Shown here: piece by piece, positions 8,013 to 15,688 of the stretch
How the letters are laid out: each line of letters begins with the position of its first letter
How positions within the stretch are numbered: the stretch's first letter is position 1
NCBI RefSeq assembly: GCF_001753165.1
Contig: NZ_CP017448.1
Coordinates: 490,462 to 514,461, forward strand
DNA from: Acidihalobacter aeolianus
GTDB lineage: Bacteria; Pseudomonadota; Gammaproteobacteria; DSM-5130; Acidihalobacteraceae
Reading direction: 5' to 3'
DNA: 24,000 nucleotides
Notes under the pieces: model-generated
What the model saw: only the letters and a program-made list of their open reading frames with translations
Databases searched by the model: none
Told to the model about the DNA's origin: nothing
Made by a program: the position numbers and the translations under genes

Positions 8013-8459
8013 ATGAGTCTCGGGCGCATGCGCGCTGACCTGCAGCGCTTCCTCGACGCCCAGACCGGGATCTACGACGCGGCGCTGGCCGAGCTGCGGC
8101 ACGGCCGGAAGACGGGACACTGGATGTGGTTCGTGTTCCCTCAGGTCGTGGGGCTGGGTGCGAGCGTGACGAGCGTGCGCTATGCCATCCGCGATCTTGC
8201 CGAGGCCGAGGCGTAGCTGGCTCATCCGCTGCTCGGGGTACGGCTGGTCGACTGTACCGAGGCCGTGCTGGGACATGCGGGTATTGCGGCCGAGGCTGTT
8301 TTCGGCTACCCCGACGTGCTCAAGTTCCGCTCCTGCATGACCCTGTTCGAGTGCGTCGCCGCGCCGGGGAACGTGTTCTCCCGGGCGCTGGAGAACTTCT
8401 ACGCCGGGCAGCGCGACGAGCGCACGCTGGCGTTGCTCGGCGGCGAGCGGGAACGCTAG
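8013..8459 (+). pseudogene. DUF1810-family gene interrupted by an in-frame TAG
   Basis: Track ORFs 8013-8216 and 8265-8459 are in the same frame. Joined, they read ...HWMWFVFPQ...DLAEAEA*LAHPLLGVRL...FGYPDVLKFRSCMTLF..., which is the DUF1810 pattern. The TAG at 8214-8216 sits where the family has Tyr (A-Y-L-x-H-P). Confidence 0.8.
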
Positions 8460-8465
8460 CCGCGA

Positions 8466-8675
8466 TCAGTCGCCGGCCGTATCGGCCTCGCGCCGGTAGT
8501 CGCCGTAGGGCTTGTCGGCTGCCTGCATGCATTGCGCCTGTTGCTCCTGGGAGGGCATGTTCAGGCAGCGGTTGCGCTGGTAGGCCTGCCCGCTGCCGTA
8601 GAGCTGCTCGGGCGTGCAGGCGGAGCACAGGGCGAGCAGCGCGATGGCGAGGGCGGCGGTCAGGGATTTGTGTAT
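8466..8675 (-). pseudogene. Small lipoprotein/secreted-protein-like ORF lacking a canonical start (ATA where ATG is expected)
   Basis: Minus-strand frame reads (ATA)HKSLTAALAIALLALCSACTPEQLYGSGQAYQRNRCLNMPSQEQQAQCMQAADKPYGDYRREADTAGD*, a signal-peptide-like N-terminus plus a Cys-rich mature part. There is no ATG, GTG or TTG between the upstream in-frame TAG and the hydrophobic segment. Confidence 0.4.
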
Positions 8676-8843
8676 GGTGAGTTTCCAGCGGGAGTGTCGG
8701 TGTGGGCCGGGGGGAAAGGCCGCGTTCCGCTAGCGGACTTTACGCCCGGGCGCGGTGCTTGGCGAATGCCGCCCCGCGCTACCGCGCGCGCCGCATCCGC
8801 GACATACTAATCCGGCGATAAGACAAGGGAATGCCGCACCGTC

Positions 8844-9701
8844 ATGAAGCCGAATGCCCGCCTCTCGTCCACGGCCGATGCCGTTCTCGGCTCGCCGGCG
8901 TGCGATCTGGCGCGGTCGCGCGTGATGGGCGCCGATTCCGGAGGGGGCGGACCCGAACTGCCGCCGCTGCATGTGCGCCGCTACGGCGAGGCGGGTCCGG
9001 TGGTGTTCGTCCTGCACGGCGGCCCGGCCGCGGCCGGGAACGCGGCGCCGATCGCCCGCGGCCTGTCGGAGTCGTTCCGCGCGATCGAGCCGTTCCAGCG
9101 CGGCAGCGGGGACGAGCCGCTGACGGTGGCGCGGCACGTGGCGGATCTGGACGCGCTGGTGCGTGCGACGGATTCGCCGGGCAGGCCGGTCGTGGTCGGG
9201 GAGTCCTGGGGCGCGATGCTCGCGCTCGCCTATGCGGCCGCCCATCCCGAGGCATTGAGTGCGGTGGTGCTCGTGGGCTGCGGCACCTTCGACCCGGCTT
9301 CCCGCGCACGCATGCACGAGCTCATCGCGCAGCGTCGCGCGGCAGCGCGCGATGCGTACGATTACGATGCCGAGCCGGCCGAAGATCTGGCGCTGCCCTT
9401 CGACGAGCGGGCGCACAGCGAGACCTGGAACGATATGCTGGAGGCGCAGGCGCGCGGCGTCTACCCGGCTGCGTTCGCCGCCATCGATCTGCCGGTACTG
9501 ATGATCCACGGGGCGTACGATCCCCATCCGGGCCAAATGATCCACCGGGTGCTCGCGCAGTACATGCCCAGGATCGAATATCACGAACTGACGGACTGCG
9601 GGCATAGTCCGTGGCTCGAAAGACACGCCAGGGCGGCGTTTTTCGCGAAACTGTCGGTGTGGTTGGGCGAACAGTTCGGCATTCCGGTGATCGAGCGGTA
9701 G
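8844..9701 (+). CDS. Alpha/beta-fold hydrolase
   Basis: It has an HGGP oxyanion-type motif, the nucleophile elbow GESWG, and a C-terminal D...GH (LTDCGHSPW). An alternative start lies at 8925. Confidence 0.8.
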   Translation: MKPNARLSSTADAVLGSPACDLARSRVMGADSGGGGPELPPLHVRRYGEAGPVVFVLHGGPAAAGNAAPIARGLSESFRAIEPFQRGSGDEPLTVARHVADLDALVRATDSPGRPVVVGESWGAMLALAYAAAHPEALSAVVLVGCGTFDPASRARMHELIAQRRAAARDAYDYDAEPAEDLALPFDERAHSETWNDMLEAQARGVYPAAFAAIDLPVLMIHGAYDPHPGQMIHRVLAQYMPRIEYHELTDCGHSPWLERHARAAFFAKLSVWLGEQFGIPVIER

Positions 9702-9797
9702 CCGATCGATGATTTCGGCCTGCGCGCGCATTCCGCGAAATGCGCCGGTCAGAGAGTCGGTGCAAAATCCAGGGAAGCGGAGGCCCCGGGACACGAC

Positions 9798-10325
9798 ATG
9801 AACGACCGAATCCAGTATCTCGACCAGTTCTGGCTCAGAATCGAACAGGCAGTTCCCGCGGTCATCGCGGGTATCCTGATTTTTCTGGTGTTTCTGACGG
9901 CGGCCATTATAGCCAGAAGGCTGTTGAGGCGACTCGCCGGGCGGGTCAAGGCCGACAAGCGTCCCCTGGCCGGGCTGGCCGGCGAAACGGTGTACTACAC
10001 GGGGCTGGTGATCGGTTCGATTACCGGACTCGGAACCATGGGGATCGATGTCTCCGCCCTGATCGCCGGTCTTGGGCTGAGCGGATTCGCGCTGGGGTTT
10101 GCCCTGCGCGATGCGGTATCCAACTTGATTGCCGGTATTTTGATCCTGGTGTACCAACCCTATCGATATGGCGACAAGATATCCGTGGCCGGCAACAGCG
10201 GTGTGGTTTCGGATATCAATTTCCGCTACACGGTGCTGGTGGGCGAGGATGGCAGCACGATACACGTCCCCAACGGCACCATGTTCAGCAACAGCGTCGT
10301 GGTGGCGCCGCACACCGATAAATAG
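9798..10325 (+). CDS. Mechanosensitive ion channel family protein (short MscS-like)
   Basis: It has TM helices and a pore-helix-like segment LIAGLGLSGFALGFALRDAVSNLIAGILIL, followed by the beta-domain start GDKISVAGNSGVVSDI...TIHVPNG. At 175 aa it lacks the usual C-terminal domain. Confidence 0.7.
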   Translation: MNDRIQYLDQFWLRIEQAVPAVIAGILIFLVFLTAAIIARRLLRRLAGRVKADKRPLAGLAGETVYYTGLVIGSITGLGTMGIDVSALIAGLGLSGFALGFALRDAVSNLIAGILILVYQPYRYGDKISVAGNSGVVSDINFRYTVLVGEDGSTIHVPNGTMFSNSVVVAPHTDK

Positions 10326-10407
10326 AATGCATATTTATCGGCATGAAAGGCAGCGCATGAAGGTGCCAGGTCGATAGATCGATATTCGCGGACGTTCGGT
10401 CGATTTC

Positions 10408-10947
10408 ATGGAAAACATTCAGCTCGTGCATGACGATCACCACGGGGAACTGCGCCGTTTCCCTCTGAGCCTCCTCGTCCATGATATGGCGGCGCCGGAA
10501 AACGTGGGCAGTCTGTTCCGGCTGGCCGACGCGCTCGGCGTCGAGAAACTGTACCTGACCGGCACCACGCCATTGCCGCCGAACAGGAAAATCAGAAAAA
10601 CCTCCCGCGCCGCCGAAAAATACGTGCCCCACGAGTACGCGACCGACCCGCTCGCCGTGGTGGGAAAGTTGCAGGCAGATGGCTATCGCGTCGTCAGCCT
10701 GGATCTGACTACTGCGAGTCTGGACCTGGCCGTGCTGCCCGTTTCCAGCGGAGACAGGATATGCCTGGTGCTGGGTTCTGAAAATGCGGGAGTCAGTCAG
10801 GCGCTTTTGGATGCCTCCGATTTTTCCGTGCACATCCCCATGCGTGGCCTAAATTCGTCCATGAACGTGGCGATGGCCTGTGCAATCGCGGCGTACGAAA
10901 TCATCGGGATGTGTGCGGACGAAACGGGAATGGATTCGGGTAAGTAA
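10408..10947 (+). CDS. TrmH/SpoU-family RNA 2'-O-methyltransferase
   Basis: The SpoU motifs are present: PENVGSLFRLADALGV, LVLGSENAGVS and IPMRGLNSSMNVAMACAIAAYE. Confidence 0.8.
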   Translation: MENIQLVHDDHHGELRRFPLSLLVHDMAAPENVGSLFRLADALGVEKLYLTGTTPLPPNRKIRKTSRAAEKYVPHEYATDPLAVVGKLQADGYRVVSLDLTTASLDLAVLPVSSGDRICLVLGSENAGVSQALLDASDFSVHIPMRGLNSSMNVAMACAIAAYEIIGMCADETGMDSGK

Positions 10948-11122
10948 CGCTGCCGGGTTCGCATTGAGCATGATTTTCCTTATGGGGTGAAACGTCGCTT
11001 GGTCTGATGCCGGCAGGTATTGAACCTGCGTGATCCACTTCCGTGCGTGCAATATCTGGCAGTGGTATTCGCAGGCATGCGCAAGATATCCTTGTCCGCC
11101 TCGCCCCCTGTGAGTGATCGCT

Positions 11123-12271
11123 ATGAAGGTGCTGTTCTGGCTGGTCGTGGTCCTGATCACTTACGGGTCGATTTACCCACTGAATTTTGTCTCCGGCAAT
11201 CCGCATCACCTGGACCTGCACGGCTTTCTCCTGACCATTTTCCAGTACTCGGGTAACGGCGATACGCTGGGCAACTTTCTTCTGTTTCTACCCATGACGC
11301 TATTTGGGCGGCTGGCCTGGCCGCGTATGAATGCTTGGGTATTGATGTGGTGGGCCCTGGTGCTGGCGGTGGGGCTGCAGATCCTGCAGTTGTGGCTGCC
11401 AAGCCGTGTGCCCAGCCTGCAGGATGCTTTTGTAAACGAAGTAGGCGCAGCAGCCGGTTTTTTGCTGGTGCGCATCCCGGGGTGGTTTTCGGCGCGTTTT
11501 CGCCTGGCGCTGAGCCATCAGGCGCGATACCCGCTGCTATTGGTCATGCTGTGGTTCGGCTATCGTCTGATGCCGTTCGTGCCTGCAATTGACTGGCAGT
11601 CCTGGAAAGACAGCCTGAAACCCTTGCTGCTGCATCCGACCTTGCCCTGGGTTCAAGTATTGCTGGCCATTTTTTCATGGACCATGGTGGCGGCCCTGTG
11701 GGAGAAAATCTGGCCGGGGCGACATGCACGCTCCCTGCTGGCCGCGCTCATTCTGGCGAGCTTTGCGGCGGAAGTGGTGATCGTTAACAACGTGCTCACC
11801 GCCACCAATGTGCTTGGCGGTGTTGTCGGTTATTTCCTGTGGCCATGGCTGAAGCGCCTTCCTGGGCGCGACGGGTTGCTGGCCGGGCTGCTCCTTTTTT
11901 CATTCGTTCTGGAAGAGCTGACCCCCTTTCAATTGCGTACCGAGGGCATAGCGTTTCACTGGGTGCCATTCTGGGGTTATCTGCATGGCAACATGTTTAT
12001 CAATCTCGAAGCATTTCAGCAGAAACTATTCGTTTATGGGTGCCTGATCTGGCTGCTTGTCCAGGCTGGTACGCGTCTGTCAGCTGCAATCGCGATGACC
12101 ACCCTGTCCATTTTTCTGCTGGTTGCCGCGCAGAGCCTGTTCGTCGGCCATACAGGAGATATCACGGGCGTGTTGATGGTGCTCGGCATGGGGTGGATGA
12201 AATATCTGTTCGACAAGCAGGCGTCAAGCAAGTCGTGGTCTCCAAGGCCAGAGCCAAGGGGCAATGGATGA
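11123..12271 (+). CDS. Polytopic membrane protein, VanZ-like N-terminal region
   Basis: The protein is hydrophobic throughout. GDTLGNFLLFLPMTLFG resembles the VanZ D..N..LF.P.G motif. I prefer the ATG at 11123 over the GTG at 11114. Confidence 0.5.
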   Translation: MKVLFWLVVVLITYGSIYPLNFVSGNPHHLDLHGFLLTIFQYSGNGDTLGNFLLFLPMTLFGRLAWPRMNAWVLMWWALVLAVGLQILQLWLPSRVPSLQDAFVNEVGAAAGFLLVRIPGWFSARFRLALSHQARYPLLLVMLWFGYRLMPFVPAIDWQSWKDSLKPLLLHPTLPWVQVLLAIFSWTMVAALWEKIWPGRHARSLLAALILASFAAEVVIVNNVLTATNVLGGVVGYFLWPWLKRLPGRDGLLAGLLLFSFVLEELTPFQLRTEGIAFHWVPFWGYLHGNMFINLEAFQQKLFVYGCLIWLLVQAGTRLSAAIAMTTLSIFLLVAAQSLFVGHTGDITGVLMVLGMGWMKYLFDKQASSKSWSPRPEPRGNG

Positions 12272-12331
12272 TGCGGAGTCCGCTTGGTTGATGCGGCAAG
12301 AACCTTCGATGACGCGGGCAGTCCATGGGCC

Positions 12332-12850
12332 ATGCAGACCGAATCCTTGATCGTGCGTCCCGCACGCGAAAGCGACGTGCCTTCGATGCATGAGATCTAT
12401 CGCCACTACGTCGAGACGACGATCGTTTCCTTCGAGGAAACAGCGCCTGACCTCGATGACTTCGCCGCCAGGCTTTGCAAATACCGCAACGGATGGGCCT
12501 GCGTGGTGGCGGAACTGGGCGGCAAGGTGCTCGGCTATGCCTATGGCGGCCCGCATCGAGAAAGAGCCGCTTACCGATGGTCCGTCGAGATGACGATCTA
12601 TGTCGCGCCGGGCTTGCAGCGACAGGGCGTCGGCCGGGGGCTTTACCGTGTATTGCTGCCGATGCTGGCCGACGCCGGCTATTGCAACGCCTACGCCGGC
12701 ATAGCCTTGCCCAACCCCGGGAGTGTCGGGCTGCACAGGGCCGTGGGCTTTACACCCATCGGCACCTTCCCTCGGGAGGGCCACAAATTCGGCCGTTGGC
12801 ACGATGTCATGTGGTTCCACCTGCCGCTACGCGAGAGCCCTCCGGACTGA
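12332..12850 (+). CDS. GNAT N-acetyltransferase (phosphinothricin/PAT-like)
   Basis: IVRPARESDVPSMHEIYRHYVETTIVSFEE, VAELGGKVLGYAYGGPHRERAAYRWSVEMTIYV, QRQGVGRGLY and HRAVGFTPIGTF..GHKFGRWHDV fit the PAT family pattern. Confidence 0.75.
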   Translation: MQTESLIVRPARESDVPSMHEIYRHYVETTIVSFEETAPDLDDFAARLCKYRNGWACVVAELGGKVLGYAYGGPHRERAAYRWSVEMTIYVAPGLQRQGVGRGLYRVLLPMLADAGYCNAYAGIALPNPGSVGLHRAVGFTPIGTFPREGHKFGRWHDVMWFHLPLRESPPD

Positions 12851-12926
12851 GCGGTGAACCATCGCTCTGTCTTTCCGATGCGACTTCCAGTTGACTGCCT
12901 ATCGTGAAAATCGCGCGCGCGACAGG

Positions 12927-12988
12927 TGCGGCATATCGTCGCAGTTCGTCGTAATTATGGGTAAATAATGCGGCATATCGTCGCAGTT
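12927..12988 (+). repeat. Two perfect 20-bp direct repeats (tgcggcatatcgtcgcagtt), 42 bp centre to centre
   Basis: Copies lie at 12927-12946 and 12969-12988, in the 376-nt leader upstream of the copper-receptor gene. Confidence 0.9.
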
Positions 12989-13108
12989 AAAGCCTGCCGC
13001 CTTCACTGCCGAGTGCGATTCGCTTAGGGTGCCACGTCCCCGGCCTGGGAATATCCGGCCATCAATCTATTTTGACGCCTGCGGAAATTATTTTTCTGTG
13101 TGGGAGGC

Positions 13109-13127
13109 CTGTTTTTCTCAAAAACAG
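13109..13127 (+). other. Perfect 8-bp stem hairpin in the receptor leader
   Basis: ctgttttt-ctc-aaaaacag, followed within 20 nt by ggattttttcgtttt. It could be an operator or attenuator, but function is not established. Confidence 0.4.
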
Positions 13128-13226
13128 TATGTCGCTCGGATTTTTTCGTTTTCATCATGCGTTCGGGTGTCTGGACTGGGTCGCGGGAAAATCCTGTATC
13201 AATGCTAGCGGGTCACGAGGGAGAAG

Positions 13227-15473
13227 ATGGGAAATTACTCGAAGAAATCAGCAGGAAAAATTCGGCAGTCTCGTTCGCAAATTCCGGCGGCCGGGAAGGT
13301 TCTGGCGACCTCGCTGGTCGTTTCAGCGGCGGCCCTATCCGGTCGTGCCATGGCGGCAACACCCTACATATCGATACCGACCGTGACGGTCAACCAGTTC
13401 GATCTGACGAACCCGATCCTGGGTGCGCAGACGCTGGGCCCATCCCAGGTTGCAAAGTACGGCCTGAAAACCAGCAATACCGCGGATATTCTCGACGGCA
13501 TTCTCGGCGGCAGCGTGTTCAAGACCGGCGGCGTATCCGGGTTTCCCGTCGTTCACGGCCTGATGGACGACCAGCTGCACGTGTCCTACGGCGGGATGCA
13601 GCTCAATTCGGCCTGCCCGAACCACATGAATCCGATCCTTTCCTATCTCTTCCCGAGCCAGGTCGGTGCGGTCACGGCCTACACCGGCATCGTGCCGGTC
13701 AGCGTGGACGGCAACAGTATCGGCGCCTCGGTCGTGGTACATCCGGCGCCGCCCAAGTTCGCCATGCCGGGCAAGACGCGGGTCAGCGGCAGCGTCGGCG
13801 GCTACTACCGCAGCAACGGTTCCGCCACGGGCGGACATCTGGCTGCGAGCATAGCCAATGATGCCTTCAGCATGAAATACAGCGGCGACGTTTCGCACGC
13901 TTCCGACTACAAGGCAGGGGGCGATTTCCATCCGTCGGGTCCGGCGGCGATGGGACGCAGTTCGATCGGCGGCGACGTGGTCGGCTCGTCCGCCTACAGC
14001 ACCAGCAATCAGCAGATTCAGTTCGCCTACCGCCATGGGAGCCAACTGGCCGACCTGTCGGTGAACCTGCAGGACATTCCGTACGAGTACTATCCCAATC
14101 AGCGCATGGACATGGTGGAGAACAAGAGCACCTTGATCCATTTCAATTACCGCGACCGCTTCGACTGGGGCAACGTCAAGCTGCACCTGTACCATCAGGA
14201 TATCCATCACACCATGGATTTCGGCAGCGACAAGCAGTACATGTACGGCACCACCTCAGGCATGCCGATGAAGTCGCACGGCCATATCGACGGTGCCAAG
14301 CTCGACGGCACGATTCATCTCGACAGCGCCAACCTGCTGCGTACCGGCCTGCTGTTCCATTCGTTCCGCCTCAACGACTACTGGCCGCCTTCGGGTACCG
14401 GCATGATGGCGCCGAACACCTTCGACAACATCAACGACGGTCATAGCAACCGCTACGACGCCTACGTCGAATGGCGCGGCCAGTGGTCGTCGCAGTGGAG
14501 CACGCTGATGGGCGTGCGCAGCGACACCGTCGAGCAGAATGCCGGCGAAGTGCATGGCTATAACATGATGTACAACATGCAGGCGGCGGCGTTCAATGCG
14601 CAACCGCACAAGAAGACCGACCGCAACTGGGACTGGAGCCTGCAGGCAAAATTCCAGCCGACCGCGATGCAGAAATACACCTTCGGTGTGATGCGCCAGG
14701 AGCGCTCGCCCAATCTGTATCAGCGCTATACCTGGTCCTCGATGCCGATGGTCGCGGTGATGAACAACCTGGTCGGCGACGGCAACGGCTACGTGGGCAA
14801 CCTGAACCTCAAGCCCGAAGTCGCCTATACCGCTGTCCTCAGCGGCGAATGGGCCAGCATCAACCACGGACTGTGGAAAATCCGCGCCGATGCCTACCTG
14901 ACCCAGATTCACGACTACATCGGCGAGCAGTGCGCGCCCGGCACCACCTGCCAGGCCGGCAAATTCAACGTGCTGCAATACGTCAACCAGCAGGCGCGCA
15001 TGTCGGGTGCGGACGCGTCCGGCAAGGTGCTGCTGGCGCAGACGCGGACCGCGGGCGAATTTTTCCTGAACGGAAAGCTGAGCTACATCCATGCGCGCAA
15101 TACCGAGACGCACGACGGCCTGTTCGGCATCGCGCCCTGGCAGGGCAAGGTCGAGCTTGCCCAGAACACGGCACACTGGGACAACGCGGTCGATGTGCAG
15201 TTCGTCGGCGCGAAAACGAACGTGTCCTCGATTCAGAGCGAACCGCAGACCAAGGGCTACACGATCGTCAATTTGCACGCCGCCTACAAAACCGGCAATG
15301 TGACGATCCGGGCGGGAATCGATAACGTTTTCAATCGTCTCTACTACAATCCACAAAACGGCGTGTATGTGGGTCAGGGCATGACCATGATGCTCAACGG
15401 CATCCCGGCGGGAATCACGGTCCCAGGCCCCGGTCGGTCGTTCAATATCGGCTTCGACGCACATTTCGCGTAA
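13227..15473 (+). CDS. TonB-dependent copper receptor (OprC/NosA-like)
   Basis: 748 aa. It has a signal peptide ...GRAMA/ATP, a TonB-box-like IPTVTV and a beta-barrel. It carries CPNHM (Cys130...Met134, DNA 13614-13628) and HTM (His328-x-Met330, DNA 14208-14216). This matches the CxxxM + HxM copper site described for Pseudomonas OprC at nearly the same positions. Confidence 0.8.
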   Translation: MGNYSKKSAGKIRQSRSQIPAAGKVLATSLVVSAAALSGRAMAATPYISIPTVTVNQFDLTNPILGAQTLGPSQVAKYGLKTSNTADILDGILGGSVFKTGGVSGFPVVHGLMDDQLHVSYGGMQLNSACPNHMNPILSYLFPSQVGAVTAYTGIVPVSVDGNSIGASVVVHPAPPKFAMPGKTRVSGSVGGYYRSNGSATGGHLAASIANDAFSMKYSGDVSHASDYKAGGDFHPSGPAAMGRSSIGGDVVGSSAYSTSNQQIQFAYRHGSQLADLSVNLQDIPYEYYPNQRMDMVENKSTLIHFNYRDRFDWGNVKLHLYHQDIHHTMDFGSDKQYMYGTTSGMPMKSHGHIDGAKLDGTIHLDSANLLRTGLLFHSFRLNDYWPPSGTGMMAPNTFDNINDGHSNRYDAYVEWRGQWSSQWSTLMGVRSDTVEQNAGEVHGYNMMYNMQAAAFNAQPHKKTDRNWDWSLQAKFQPTAMQKYTFGVMRQERSPNLYQRYTWSSMPMVAVMNNLVGDGNGYVGNLNLKPEVAYTAVLSGEWASINHGLWKIRADAYLTQIHDYIGEQCAPGTTCQAGKFNVLQYVNQQARMSGADASGKVLLAQTRTAGEFFLNGKLSYIHARNTETHDGLFGIAPWQGKVELAQNTAHWDNAVDVQFVGAKTNVSSIQSEPQTKGYTIVNLHAAYKTGNVTIRAGIDNVFNRLYYNPQNGVYVGQGMTMMLNGIPAGITVPGPGRSFNIGFDAHFA

Positions 15474-15527
15474 CGCCTTCACGCGGGACCGCAAACGCGG
15501 TCCCGCGGGATGGAGGGGAGCAACCTG

Positions 15528-15560
15528 GCAGGACCGTCGGCCGCGGTCCTGCTTTTTTTT
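15528..15560 (+). terminator. Intrinsic terminator of the copper-receptor gene
   Basis: Stem gcaggaccg (15528-15536) / cggtcctgc (15544-15552), followed by T8 (15553-15560). An 11-bp GC hairpin with no U-tract precedes it (cgcgggaccgc/gcggtcccgcg, 15482-15507). Confidence 0.8.
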
Positions 15561-15562
15561 AT
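15555..15562. repeat. Target-site duplication, left copy (TTTTTTAT)
   Basis: This 8-mer is identical to 20342-20349 and directly abuts the cassette tip. Confidence 0.75.
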
Positions 15563-15587
15563 GGGTATCCAAAATTAGTGGTTGAAG
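15563..15587 (+). repeat. Terminal inverted repeat, left
   Basis: GGGTATCCAAAATTAGTGGTTGAAG. It matches the reverse complement of the right end at 21 of about 26 aligned positions (my count). The first 11 nt are identical. Confidence 0.75.
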
Positions 15588-15688
15588 ATGACAGGATCTT
15601 TCAACGTAAAGTGGTGCCGTATTTGGTTGAAGCGGCCAAGCTATGAATGGGTGATTGAGTTATGGACGGCTGCTTTTCATTTGGATGA

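Noticed and set aside
8730-10313. 527-aa minus-strand ORF spanning the hydrolase and MscS genes (also 8831-9607 + and 8842-9309 -)
   Set aside because: These are low-complexity Arg/Gly/Pro translations crossing two well-supported plus-strand genes and their intergenic gap.
12927-12988. CRISPR array
   Set aside because: There are only two 20-bp repeats with a 22-bp spacer, no further units and no cas genes. This is far below CRISPR repeat and array characteristics.
12990-13226. Cobalamin (or other) riboswitch upstream of the TonB-dependent receptor
   Set aside because: I found no B12-box (no GCCACTG-type core in context) and no conserved AGGGAA...GGTG...CC architecture. The receptor carries copper-site motifs instead.
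14256-15572. 438-aa minus-strand ORF antisense to the copper receptor (and 13335-14210 -)
   Set aside because: These are antisense artefacts with no motifs. The first one runs through the terminator.
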